Part shown: positions 1 through 13,319 of the stretch, one piece after another
Layout of the letters: the number at the start of each line of letters is the position of its first letter
Position numbering within the stretch: position 1 is the first letter of the stretch
Assembly (NCBI GenBank): GCA_973895155.1
Contig: OZ316891.1
Location: 13,237,037-13,301,036, forward strand
Source: Marsupella aquatica
Taxonomy: Eukaryota > Plantae > Marchantiophyta
Direction: 5' to 3'
DNA: 64,000 nucleotides
The notes under the pieces: model-generated
Told to the model about the DNA's origin: nothing
Databases searched by the model: none
Seen by the model: only the letters and a program-made list of their open reading frames with translations
Program-made: the position numbers and the translations under genes

Positions 1-706
<706 letters not shown>

Positions 707-1600
707 TGCGGACCCTCGGCCACTTCCTTTGCCACTCCTGAGCAGCCGAGCGCTCACGAGACCAAGCGGCCAGAGGATGCGATCGAGGCTAAACCTGCTC
801 CCACCAGGACTGCGTGACTGGATGAATTGTGAAATAGACGAAGCAGAACGGGGAGAGGGTGCCAGGGCTCTACTCTACCCCACAGTTCCTGGCGCAAAGG
901 CACTCCAATTCCGGTCCACTACATTGTCAGTCACACACGCAACGCCTTCATCAGACACAGAATGTCGCTCTCACAAGTGACTGCAGCGACCGACTACCGA
1001 TTGCACGATAAAATCCAACCCCTGAAGCAACAAGTGCTCGAGCTCCGCCGCAGGCTCCTCCACTGCACACTACAGCAAGATCCTCCGACACGACGGAAGA
1101 GCTACTACTGTAGAGCCAACAACTCTCGGCGAGAAAGCAAACTGACTGCAATGGGCGGACGAGCACAAGTTGTGTGACTGGGTCTCATTCGCCAAGACCC
1201 AACAATTTCCCGACGCTTCTTTGCAATAAAAGGGGAGAGCATTCCTTCATTTTCTTTCACGGTGAATGGAGCAGCCTCGTCGTCCTGTGGCGGCAGCGGC
1301 AGCGGCAGAGGATTTCTACAAGCACATGAGGGATCGTGGAGTCTTCACTCTGGATCGAGGACTCTGCGGTAGAGAACCAGTGCAGCTTGTTTTCGTCGTC
1401 ATAATGAACGACTGACTGCACTGACGAAAAGGGAGTCTCTCGGCGACATGGGCACTTTTGCAGTCCACCAAGTGCGCGAGTAGTGGACGGTTGTGTGCTG
1501 TCTTTCCTGACGGGTTCACGCGATTGAGATTTACGTCATTGTGGAATGCTTTTTTGAAGAAAAATAAACATTCTATCATTTTTTTTGCGAACGCAGACCC

Positions 1601-1783
1601 ATCCGTCATTGGATAGCTTTTGGGGAGGCACCTGCTATTCCCGTAATCTATTGCCCAGAAGTATCCATCATTGGATAGCTTTTGGGGAACCTGCTATTCC
1701 CGCAATCTATTGCCCAGAAGTATCCATCATTGGATAGCTTTTGGGGAGGCACCTCCTATTCCCATAATCTATTGCCCAGAAGT
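1601..1783. repeat. Tandem repeat, ~3 x 59-62 bp
   Basis: Unit ATCCRTCATTGGATAGCTTTTGGGGA(GGC)ACCTGCTATTCCCRYAATCTATTGCCCAGAAGT starts at 1601, 1663 and 1722. Confidence 0.95.
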
Positions 1784-1885
1784 AACCTGCACATTCTCAT
1801 AACCGCTTGCCCAAAAGGTAACTTATTTCTGGGCCAAAATTACTCACTATGAAGGAGGTCTGGTATGGGGTTCTAGCCTGAACCC

Positions 1886-1994
1886 GCCTCCGAGGAAGCT
1901 CAGATAAATTTTCCTGGTTGTCGCTATCACAGGGTTACACCCCTCCAAGAAAGCTCAGAAAATCTTCCTGGTTGTCTCTATGAGAGGGTTACAG
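1886..1994. repeat. Degenerate tandem duplication, ~2 x 55 bp
   Basis: CCTCCRAGRAAGCTCAGA...TTCCTGGTTGTC.CTAT.A.AGGGTTACA occurs twice. Confidence 0.8.
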
Positions 1995-2444
1995 GCTAGT
2001 AATCCCAGACCAAACCTCCTTTATCCTATACTTATTTTAGAGTATATGCCTCTTTTAGGGTAACCACAAGGGGTCATACCCAGAGATCCCATAGGAACCC
2101 AGACCAGGAGGAGAGGGTTGAACCAAGGCCCACCAGCCAGGGACTTAGCATCCACATTTTGTACAATTGTTTTGTTTAATCATTTCATTGCCATTTTTTC
2201 ACCATTAGTGTATCGATGTGAAATAACACTTAGTAGCATGATTACCCATTCCTTCACCCTAAACTAGAGATGATGGCCAAAAAAAACTTTGAAAAACAAG
2301 ATTCCTTACTATTACTGGTCCATCCTTGCCCCATCCCTCTTTCATGTCTGCATTCTCACCTCCAGTTATGTCCTTAGAGTCATTGTCAAGAAGTTTCACT
2401 CTACAGTAGACAGTAGGCCTTGATTGCAATAATATACCAATAGA

Positions 2445-3243
2445 CTAGCCCAATGCCCATGCGTTGCACGAAAGATGTCGAGGTGAAAAAAGATGTTGAG
2501 GAGAGAAAAGATGTTGAGGTGAGCAAAAGATGTCGAGGTGATAGAAGATGTCGAGATGATAGAAGATGTCGAGGAGAGAAAATATGTCGAGGTGATAAAA
2601 GATGTCGAGGAGAGAAAAGATGTGAGCAAAAGATGTCGAGGTGATAGAAGATGTCGAGATGATAGAAGATGTCGAGGAGAGAAAAGATGTCGAGGTGATA
2701 AAAGATGTCGAGGAGAGAAAAGATGTGAGCAAAAGATGTCGAGGTGATAGAAGATGTCAAGGAGAGAAAAGATGTCGAGGAGAGAAAAGATGTCGAGAGA
2801 GAAAAGATGTTGAGGTGAGCAAAAGATGTCGAGGTGATAGAAGATGTCGAGGAGAGAAAAGATGTCGAGACGATAAAAGATGTCAAGGAGCAAAAAGATG
2901 TTGAGGAGAGAAAAGATATCGAGGTGAGAATAATGTCGAGGTGAGGAAAAGATGTTGAGGTGATAAAAGAAGTAGAGGAGAGAAAAAGATGTCAAAGAGA
3001 GAAAAGATGTCCAAATGATAAACATATGTCCAGGAGAGAAAAGATATTGAGGAGAAAAATAGATGTTGAGATGAGAAAAAAATTGAGGAGAGAAAATATG
3101 TCTAGGTGAACAAAAGATGTTGAGGAGAGAAACTTGTGTAAAGGAGAGAAAAAGATTTTGAGCAGAAAAAGATGTAAAGTAGAGCAACAAATTTTGAGAA
3201 AAAGATGTAAAGTAGAGCAACAGATTTTGAGGTGAGAAAATAA
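2445..3243 (-). mobile_element. Non-autonomous Helitron-like element (3' end) with internal 18-19 bp minisatellite
   Basis: The minus strand ends ...CGTGCAACGCATGGGCATTGGGCTAG|T, a hairpin plus CTAG followed by T. The body is a tandem array of AAAAGATGTCGAGGTGAG/AGGAGAG. The 5' end was not located, so the right boundary is approximate. Confidence 0.75.
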
Positions 3244-3492
3244 ACTTGACACTTTTTCCACCCCTTACCTGCGACCAGATGGGGCAAGATGAAGCCTCTC
3301 CCTCCCTCTTTTCTCATCCATGTGCCCCCCCGCCTTCCCCTTTCTCCTTGCCTCTCCCCCTCTTTGCTTTGCTTCCAAGGCTTTCTTTGGGAGTCAAATT
3401 TTGTGAGACAATTGTGATGAAAAACCATAGAAATATTTGTCATAGTTTATGGGTGTGAAGTCTCATTATTTTGGCACAATATATATATACAA

Positions 3493-4025
3493 ATAGCCCA
3501 ATGCCCATGCGTTGCCCAGAAGATGTTGAGGTGAGAAAAAAACATTGAGGTGAGGAAAGGATATCGAGGAGATAAAAAGATGCTGAGATGAGAAAAACAT
3601 GTTGAGGAGAGCAAAAGATGTTGAGGTGAGAAAAATGTTAAATGAGAGAAAAAAATGGGGTGATAAAATGATATTAAGGTGAGGAAATCATGTACATGAG
3701 AGAAAAAAATGTGGAAATTATGAAAATATGATGCTGAGATGAGTAGAGATGCCAAGAAGAGAAAATATATCAAGGTGCATGAGAAAATGCTGATGTGATA
3801 AAAGATGTTGAGGAGAAAAAAGGTGCAGAGCTAGAGGAAAGATGGCAAGGTGAGAAAAAGATGTCAATGTGAGATTGAAAAGAACATTGGGGTGAGGAAA
3901 ATATCTCAAGGAGAGAAAACATGTCAATATGATAAAAAGTAGTTGAGGAGATAAAAAGATGTCAAGCTGAGAAAAATATGTCAAGGCGAAAAAAATTGGC
4001 AAGTTGAGGCAAAGATATTAAGGCA
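3493..4025 (-). mobile_element. Degenerate copy of the same Helitron-like minisatellite element
   Basis: ATAGCCCAATGCCCATGCGTTGCCC at 3493 is followed by a decayed AAGATGTTGAGGTGAG array. Confidence 0.7.
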
Positions 4026-5400
4026 ATGTATGTCCCAAGGTGCTATTGTGAAAGCAATGTTGTGGCAAGGGTGAGAGCATGGGAGGGAACGCAAGACAGG
4101 GGGCGGCTGGGGTGTTACAGGGTCAAGTGTGGTCGCCCTTAGCTATATGGAGGGAGATAAATTCACATTTTTTTCCTTTTTTCTTCAATCTCCTCTTGTG
4201 TGCCGTTCCTTTCTCTCCTTCCAGTCTCCCATCCTGGCTCTTTGGCACCCCCTCCCTTTCCAACATGATTAAGAAAGAGAAGAAGAATCAACATGGAGCA
4301 AAAGATACATGATCTCTCAGAAAAATGAAAATTTCTCTTCTCAGCAAAAAAACAAAACAAATCTGATACCAATGTTATGCACGTGTCATTTTTGAAAGTA
4401 GTTAGCCAGCACATGTATTTTGTAAACACCTACTTTAAGAGCAAAAATATCCATGGTATTCACTTCCATAGGTGATCCCTTTCACTCAATCCAAGGGTGT
4501 CAAAATCATTGAAATATATTGATGGTATTGGTTTGTTCCTTCCTTTTCCACTTTTGTAGATTGCACTAACTCTTTGAGATGGGATAGTTTTTTATAATGT
4601 GATTTGAAAATATGACATATATAGAAACCCATTGCCCTAACTTGCATTGCACATTTGTCCTTATAACCATTTTATTGTTACAATCATTTATCACTCCGGC
4701 CATTTCGTTGTTGGGGCCATTTTATTCTTGGGGCCATTGTGTCTTTGGTCAATAAGGTTATTGCAATAAAGAATATAGGATTGAATGTTAATGTAACCTG
4801 GAAAAAGTACTTTATAGAGATTAGAAAAAAACAATGTTTTCACCACTCCTAGTAGACTTAATTTTTTCCACTCTCCTATAAATCATCCCTTTTGAACTCA
4901 CAACTTAATTTGTATTGTAGGTTGTCTATACTTCTTACTTTACGTGAATGGGGCAATCATGTGGGGTCTACTTAGATTTTCTTGTCAGACCCATCTACCC
5001 ATGATAGCCACATGTCAACTCAATTCCCAATGACCTTTTTCTAGATGTTTGTAATGAGTCTAGGTGTGGGTGGAAGCCCATGGATCCGTGCCTCAGGCTA
5101 GGACAAACTCTTTATTCAACTCTTTATTCTTCCTTACATAGATCTGATGGGCAGGAAAATTTAAGTTTTAAATCCAATGGTCATAATGAGTTCCCTCCAA
5201 AAGTGAATTTTGTAAACGGACAATGAGCACAAAAAGGCAGGATTGTATATTATAGTAAGTAGATTAGCTTGGAATGATTACAGAATAACTCTTGCAATGA
5301 TTGGAGAGTAACTGTGATTACCTTAGAATAATCCACCCATCAAAATGCTACCCCTCTTTTCCTAGTTTAAATATTAAGTTGCCACTTTCTTCCATCACTA

Positions 5401-6081
5401 CCGTCTTAGCCTGAACACAGCGCCCAGGCACTATATTCAAATAGTGGGCCATGGGGCATTATATTTGAATAGTGCACCCAGGACGTTGTGTTTGAGTTTC
5501 CACACTATGTTTTGGAATTTTTTTACCTTGTGGTGTTGTCTTTGAATAGTGTCATTGTGTTCAAATTTAGGCATTGTGATGAATTTAGGATGTAAGCAGG
5601 AATGATGGGCATATAATTTAGGGTGTAAGCAGGCATGAAACGCTAATTTGGTGAGACAAAATAAAATAAAGGCTTAGACAATCATTCTCTGATTTCTACT
5701 GAGTTTGCACATGGATGTAATTATTTGCAGAGTTGTCAAGTGCCATTTTCAATTGAGTATGTGGGAAATATTGCTCCTAGCATTGTTATCAAGATGTGAA
5801 GGTCAGCAACAACTTCTTGTTTACTTTGCTTATACTTTGATTGTAATTCATGAACTTGCACTTTTTGTGCTCAATGCTGTCAAGATTAGGAAAAACTGAA
5901 GTACAACCCTGAATATTCAAACACAAGGCCATATTCAAACACAACACCATATTTGAACACAATGCCTGGGCGTTGTGTTAAAATGACGTTGTGTTAGAGT
6001 TAAAACTACTTTTTCTTACCAAGACTAAAAAATTTCAACTTTTGAACACAATGCCCGGGCTCTGTGCTCGGGGGAAGACAG
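5401..6081. mobile_element. MITE with ~45 bp imperfect TIRs and TA target duplication (Tc1/mariner-like)
   Basis: Left end TA|CCGTCTTAGCCTGAACACAGCGCCCAGGCACTATATTCAAA matches the reverse complement of the right end, TA|CTGTCTTCCCCCGAGCACAGAGCCCGGGCATTGTGTTCAAA. Repeated subterminal AACACAATGCC motifs are present. Confidence 0.75.
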
Positions 6082-7659
6082 TAGTTAAGCAACATAACTC
6101 TGATTAGCATTAATAGGATGCTACGATAATCAAAATGTTGTCAAGTCTACTTTAATTATTACGTGCCATTTTCTCTACCACTGGGTGAAACAAAGTAACT
6201 CTGATTAGTTTGCAATGATCTGAATGATGATCAAAATCTTCCCCCCAATTTCCTTAGTTTAGTTATTAGGGTGCAACTTTTTCCACTGATAGTTAAGCAA
6301 AGTAACTCAGATTAATTTGGGATGATCGGATGAACACAGTACTGGCAGATTAGGTCATGGATGGCTGTCAGTGTCCTCAACTCAAACCATAGCACCCATA
6401 ACATTGAGGAGGGGTCTTGTGCTTTGCCCTGCCCTAGAACACTCAGCCTCATCCTCAATGGGTCTCCCAGTCCCCTGCTCAAGGATGGGAAGAGGCTGAT
6501 TTATGTTAGGTTAAGGATGATGAGGGCCTGCTGATGCATGGGCTAATGCAAACACCTGGCATCGACCGTTGGCTCATTTTTTTAAGCTAACCAGAGCTAC
6601 TCTGCTTAATGATGTAAAAAATATGATAACATAGACAGTAATCAAACAAAAAAAGTGTCAAAGTATATATTCAAACCAAAACAGTGGCAAATAATTTCTA
6701 AATCTCATACTATTACACTGTGTAATAATGGACGTAAATACGTACCTCAAGTCAAATTTTAAGGTGTTTTTATTTCACTTTTTTAAGGCTTTCACCAAAT
6801 TGCCCTTGAAAAAGTGACAAATCACCATTTTATCCAGCTAAACGAGTAAATTGCCAGTGTTGCTGTGCACGACTCAGACTAAATTACATGGTGAATATCC
6901 ACAACCTCTTCTGGTCCTGCGGTCGGTCCACTGTGCCATACCTTTAAACTACTTATCCTTAATTGAGTGACTATCAAATTGTTGTGTTGGAAGACAACAC
7001 TTTCACAAAATCGTTCTTGGAAGGGGAGAACCACTTGTTATCTTCAATTTAATACAATTAAACACTATGATACCTTATTCCGCCTAAATGTTTTTGTACA
7101 GTCGATCAGTTTACAATTCTGGAAAGGAAAGAAACAATACACTACCATTTGATGTATTCCAGCGTTTTTAACACCCTTTTTTTACATTTTCTCAAATATA
7201 TACATGGTACTGACTAACCTAAGGCCAGTTTAAAGTGCTTTACATAGAATTTTTTTCTGACAATACCTAATGCAAAAGTACTTTACATAGAATATTTTTT
7301 GGCATGGAGGCCATACTAAGAAGTACATTCGGTATAAGAGCCTTTTTGCCTTTTTGCTATTGCTTTTTGAAACATAATTCTGTTTTTCCTTTGGGTTAGT
7401 TTTGCTTTTTCCTCTCATTTTCTTCTCCTGTTTAAATCATGTTGGAGTGAAGAAAAGTGTGGGAGGAAGAAGGGAGGGGTGGGGGGGGGGGGCGCAGTTA
7501 GGGGACGTGTGACGGAGCGCCTGCAAAAGGAGGGAAAAAAGGAAAAACAGTACAAGGCAAAAAGGATACTTTTTGCCTTATTGCACAACCCGACCATGCC
7601 TGGATCCCGCAATTTCTTCACATTTCCTTTTCTCATTTGCATGTGTGTACTTTGCATGC

Positions 7660-7734
7660 ATTTCTTGTCTCACCTCGACATCTTTGCCTCATCTTGAGAT
7701 CTTTTATGCAATGCACAGGCATTCATTGGGCTAG
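7660..7734 (+). mobile_element. Helitron-like 3' terminus remnant
   Basis: CTCACCTCGACATCTTT...TGCAATGCACAGGCATTCATTGGGCTAG|T. Confidence 0.65.
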
Positions 7735-9369
7735 TCCATTATGGATAAGCAGTTTGCCAAGATTTGTATACACTAATCAAACTAACTTGTGTGATTAGCC
7801 AGGTTATCCGTAATTATGACACATTGGGCCAGCAAGAGAAAGCAAACTAGATATAGGTTAATTCTACATAAATTGGGATCAGCCCCAGGTTAGCCTGTTT
7901 ATGGAAACAGGGGTTGTATATTTGGGTAGATTTCTAGAGTCCCCTCCTTGACACAAACTAATACTTGCTTCAATCTACAGTGCCGTTGGAAAGGTGTGAA
8001 ACCCAAATTACCCTCTTTTCAAGTTCAATCCTCCATATTTGTTCCTGACCATAAGATCGATCTACTTAATTAGCTTGAAGGAGATCCATCAGATTCTGTT
8101 AGTAGGCCTCAGACTTGGTAGGACACTAGCAAATCAGACCAAAAGACTGACAACAAAAGTGGATTTGGGCAAACTTTCTCACGAAAGGAAAGACTGTTAC
8201 AGCTCACCAAAAACAATCATGTCGTTCTGATGGGATCTCCTTACCAAGCCCTAAACTGACCACCCCAAATTTTGTTACATGTAATTCAGTTGTACATAGA
8301 AATTTCTGTTTAAAAAAACCATTACTCTTACCCCTCAAGTCTTTGTAAGTATCAGGTTGGCCTAGTCCTTAACTAAGTAAAAAGTGAAAGACTATGGGGG
8401 TATTTTGTCCTCCCATATTTTGAATGACAATGGGGATTGAACATACTTGGGTTGAATTAACACCCTTGTTTATCAAGTTTTGCCAAAATCTTTTCAATCC
8501 AAGAATATTGTCATAAGCTTGGATGTGATCTCCATACAAACCTTAAAGCTCACATGAGATTTGAACTAGAGAGTGAGTTTAATTCTCATTCTAAACTAAA
8601 CTATACCTCATGAGATCCCAACTCTCTAGTTAAAAAGTGTTTTTGTATAAACCCCATACAATTGAGCATGCAAACTTAGAATTCAACCAATTCCAATTTG
8701 AGCATTGGGCCGACACTCAACCAATTTTAGCATTTGATTCATGCTCCACTAATTTCAGCCAGGAACCCACGTGATTAATTTTAGCAGTGGAACCATGCTC
8801 AGTACATGTGAGATGCAAACCCCCATGCCCATCATAAGTTAGATACAGTAATGAAAATACAAATCAACATTAATAGGGATTTATGTGGAGGGTACCCCAT
8901 GGTCTAGAGAAGGTTATGGGTTGTAATCCTTAAGGCCAAAATGAGCCGGAGGGTGTTACAGCCATTGGTTAGCAAGTGTAACTTTGACACTCCTTTCTCA
9001 TATAACATTTTTTAAGACTAGATGAAAATTGCTAAGATTATGTGTAGGGTAACCCCAAAGCGGGGATAATGGGATGTAATCTCCGAGGGGGCTGTGTCCG
9101 GGGTTACAGCCCATTATTCTCAAGTGGAGATGAGTCATAGAGCCTAAAACCCAAGTCCATTTTCGAAGATTCATTTCATTTTTATAGTGCAAAAGTCTCA
9201 TCTGTCTGCAGCAGGGACCTCCCATAAAACTACAAAGGAAAGAAGAAAAGACTGGGTTACGAGGCCATCTTCTGTAGCGAATTGAACTCTGGACCTGTAT
9301 GTCTTTTTTGGCCTGAACAGAGTACACCTTTTGAGAGGGGGACAAGGTTTTAGGGTCCCTGATCGCAAG

Positions 9370-9377
9370 AAACCCTA
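9370..9377 (+). promoter_or_regulatory. Telo-box (AAACCCTA) upstream of eIF2-alpha
   Basis: Exact AAACCCTA ~200 bp before the ATG, plus GGTTTTAGGG at ~9346. Telo-boxes are typical of plant translation-machinery promoters. Confidence 0.6.
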
Positions 9378-9575
9378 GTTGTCTTCCCCTGTTTCCTTCG
9401 ATTTCTCCATTCGCACAGACGGACAACAGTTTTCTTAGGGAGGACCCTCGTTTCGCTCGGAAATCTCGTGACCACGAAGAACGAGAGTTGGGTATTCGAA
9501 AGTGACCTGATCTGCTCTGCTCTAACGCCGCACTTGTTAGTTGAATCGGTCGAGAACACCGAACGCCTTGTCAAG

Positions 9576-11954
9576 ATGACGATCACTGACTGTCGAATGT
9601 ATGAAGCTCGCTATCCGGAGGTTGATGATGTGGTCATGGTTCAGGTACAAATCTGTCTCCTCTCGTGTTATTGTTGTCGACCGGTGTTGGGTTGCGTTGG
9701 CTTTCGATCGAACCTGGGTGGAAAGTATGTTGTGATATTCCTGGATTGGAAAGAGCAGTAGAAACTGATGGATTGATCGATGTTCTCGTTTGTGCTTGGG
9801 TGAAGGTAAAAAATATTGCGGAAATGGGCGCCTATGTAGCGCTGTTAGAGTACAACAATATCGAGGGTATGATATTGTTGTCGGAGCTGTCCCGGCGTCG
9901 TATCCGAAGTATTAGCAGTCTTATCAAAGTAGGTCGGCAGGAACCGGTCATGGTCCTGAGGGTAGATCGGGATAAGGGCTACATTGATTTGAGCAAGCGA
10001 AGAGTTTCAGAGGAAGACGTGGCGGGATGTGAAGAGCGTTACAACAAGAGCAAGCTTGTTCACTCCATCATGCGTCATGTTGCCGAAACAATGGACGCTG
10101 ATCTTGAGGTTCGTGCATTATTGACAGTCTATGTGCTTTGGGAGTGATGTACTTCTTTTCCATGTCTCTTGGTGTGAAATTAACCTAAAATATGTTAAAT
10201 CCTCTTCATTGCAGGACCTTTACACACACGTCAGTTGGCCACTTTACAAAAAGTATGGTCACGCTTTTGAGGTGCGTTGGAAATCAGTCTCAAGGTTTAT
10301 AGGTCACAGATTTTGTGCTTGTAGGAGGGTGGTCCTGGTAATTTCACCTTTAGACATGTAAGGTTCTGATAGCGTTGTTCAACTTGCGGAAACCTATACT
10401 CAATATGCACTGTTTTGTTTAAGTAAGTTCATATTTCGCTGTCCTCGGGCAAATTACGTCCCTGATTTGTAGCTAACGTGGGAAATTTCGATTTCGACAC
10501 TGGGGCATGATTGGGCGATGTATTGTATTGGTTAGGTCTCTGCTTCTGCTTCATATCAAGTTCACTTCGGAACTCCGTCATTGAAGGAGTCCCCCAAACT
10601 CCGGCATGCAGCTGAGCTCATGTTTCTTGGCTTTGATAACTGCTTTCACTCTTGCAGGCGTTCAAGCTGATTGTTACCGATCCAGATTCAGTCCTGAGTA
10701 GTCTGACCAAGGAAGTCAAAGAACCTGGATCAGAGGTAATCAGACCGGTCTTATCTTGTAGTAGGAGTTAAGCCCATGTTAATGATATGTTACTGCTGCT
10801 CTTGCTTTCTCGTCTCGTCAGAATCTGTTGATATAAATACCTAATTTTTAAATCACCTGGTTCTTCAGGTTGCAGTTACAGTGCCTGCAATGACCGATGA
10901 CGTTAGGGATGCTCTCATAAAAAATATCAGAAGACGGATGACTCCCCAGCCACTGAAGATACGTGCAGATATTGAGTTAAAATGCTTCCAGTATGACGGT
11001 GTATTGCATATTAAGGTGGATATTCTTGACCTATACACTCAAAGCCTGCAGACATTCTTTGTTGGAGATCTTACAGTGGAAACTAATCTCATGTGTCTGT
11101 TCGTATCAAGGTAGTTTCAGAACGCTTGACTTTGCAATCAAGCAGAGATACTCATTGTCATGCATATCTATTCAAGATTGTGTTGAGCAGCAAATTAATG
11201 CTATGTTGTTATTTATTTTAGGATGCCATGAGAAGAGCTGAAGAAGCAGGAACAGATGATTGTCCAGTGAAGATCAAGTTGGTGGCTCCACCTTTATATG
11301 TTCTTACGACGCAAACCCTGGACAAGGTTTGCACTGGTTTCGTTAGATGTGCATTGCTGACAGCTATCTCACTGGATTTTATGTTCATCTCATTTTTGTG
11401 ATGCTTGAATTCTGTTTTTGGACATTGCTAAAATGAAATTGTCAAGTACAGACTGCCTACCAACCCAGAGTATTGGTAAAACTTCAATGTGCATGCTTCG
11501 TGCAGGATCTCGGAATTGCTGTGCTTGATCAGGCCATCAAAGCTTGCGAAAAGGAGATAGATAAGCACAAGGGAAAACTTTCGGTCAAAGAAGCTCCCAG
11601 AGCGGTATGTCGTTACTGTTCCAAGTGCCACTGGAACCTGCCTTTGTTGATCACCAAGTCATATCTGTTGAGTATTTTGGAATGTATGATAGTAGATACC
11701 TTCAACCACCTGTGCCGAGACACCTACGGAAGGAGCGATAATAAATTGAACCGTGTGGACTGATTATTCGTTCGTTACGTGTTTATTTATGTGTGGTGCA
11801 GGTGAGTGAGAGGGATGACAGGCTTCTGGCAGAAACAATGCAAAATCTTGGAGATGCAAATGCTGAAGTTGATGGGGACAGGGATTCAGAAGACGAGGAG
11901 GATACGGGCATGGGAGAGGTGGATGTGGAGGGAGTCACCGGTATCCATGAATAA
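9576..11954 (+). CDS. eIF2alpha: Eukaryotic translation initiation factor 2 subunit alpha, 336 aa
   Basis: Exons 9576-9644, 9806-10108, 10215-10271, 10658-10735, 10869-11015, 11222-11326, 11506-11604, 11802-11954. All introns are GT-AG and the total is 1011 nt in frame. Motifs: [35 protein letters not shown] (Ser51-equivalent phospho-site), [21 protein letters not shown]. Confidence 0.98.
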
Positions 11955-12920
11955 CGATCCGGGCTGCGAATGCAATGTAGAGTAATCAGCCACCTGCCAT
12001 GACGTACTGGCTTACGAAAACGCGCAGAAACCTTTTTTCCTGATTTTTGTGCGAAAGTTTACAAGAATCCATAGAAGAAAAACTTTTGTCTATAAGGAAT
12101 CCCTCATTCAACTCAATATAAATCTTCTTCTCTTTTTGCATCTGACCGTCCAAATTTGAAGGATTACTCTGAATTCCTCTGGGCATTTTCACCACACTCT
12201 TGTGCTTTTTCTCTTGAATTTTGGTTGTAGCAAGGCTCCAGAAACGTAACCCACTACAGGGCAATGCCTACTGGGCATTCTGGAAAGCCACCCTTAATTG
12301 TGTGAATGCCATCTTGATATGTGAAACTGTATTCCGCCTTCATGATCTGCACAAGTGCCTCATGTAGATTTAGGTGGAGGATAAATCTCCACAGAGGTGC
12401 ATTGGTCGTCATCTTGAAAGAAAGCCTCCTGCCTTCCTCACCCCTCAAGGAATCCCAATGTACCTTACTGTCTGACGAAAATCCTTTGACATGGAAGACA
12501 TATGGAATGTTCACAGTAAAAAGAAAGAGCACCCTTCTATGGGAAAGTTCAATCTTGAGCCAAAATGTCTTGCAGTGACTAAAAATTTGACAAGGAAAAA
12601 TGCATCTCGTTTTGAAATGTCCGAAACCACTAGCTTGTTCTTTGAGTTTTGCCGTTTGCTAAGAACCATCCATGTAGGAGATTGCTAAGTGAACACAGAA
12701 TCATCAGTCAAAGACTAGCCTGGTAATGAAGAAGCACAACACAAGCTAGACTGTCAACTTCAACTTTATATGAGTGCGCGCGTAAAGAGGAAACCTGTAT
12801 TGTATAGCGATTGGGATGAGTTTGCACATGGAGCGTACTCTCAAATGCAAATTTACCTTAAATTGCGCCTTAGGACAGCAAGATTACTGCCGCGACATCA
12901 ATAACATTGCAGGCCCGAGT

Positions 12921-13117
12921 GCTATCAATAATTTTGGAGATGTGCAGACAAAAAGCACACTGCAAAAGCTCCCTTGTATCCTCCTCTAGCTAGATGACAT
13001 TATTGTCCAAGGAGTACAAGAATGCTATCAATAATTTTTGAGATATGCAGACAAAAGTACTCTCTGCAAAAGCTCCCTTGTATTCCTCTAGCTAGATGAT
13101 ATTGTCCAAGGAGTACA
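12921..13117. repeat. Tandem duplication, 2 x ~100 bp
   Basis: GCTATCAATAATTTT.GAGAT.TGCAGACAAAA...CTGCAAAAGCTCCCTTGTAT...CTAGCTAGATGA...TTGTCCAAGGAGTACA occurs twice. Confidence 0.92.
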
Positions 13118-13319
13118 GACACAATGCATAATTATTGTTACTTAATACAGTAGGTACTGTCTTTGTATAATTAAACTAGCTCATTGTTTCTGCACCCACT
13201 AAACCCATCTTGTCAATGCCAAAATGATCATTCACTTCATAAGCCCTAAACCCTATCCCAGTGCTGCAACATAGAAGAATGAATTGTTTGACATGTTTCC
13301 TAGGAATTTTTTATGGTTA

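Noticed and set aside
2471-3000. Regularly spaced repeats superficially like a CRISPR array
   Set aside because: The units are contiguous with no unique spacers, there are no cas genes, and the context is eukaryotic.
2396-3261. Overlapping ORFs of up to 274 aa (HLDIFSLLDIF... / RCRGDRRC...), with similar ORFs at 39761 and 61317
   Set aside because: They are translations of the 18-19 bp minisatellite, open in several frames on both strands, with no domain signal.
12254-12688. Short ORFs downstream of eIF2-alpha
   Set aside because: No recognisable motif or consistent exon structure.
13248-13255. AAACCCTA motif, with others near 53131
   Set aside because: Not near a gene start and too short to be an interstitial telomere array.
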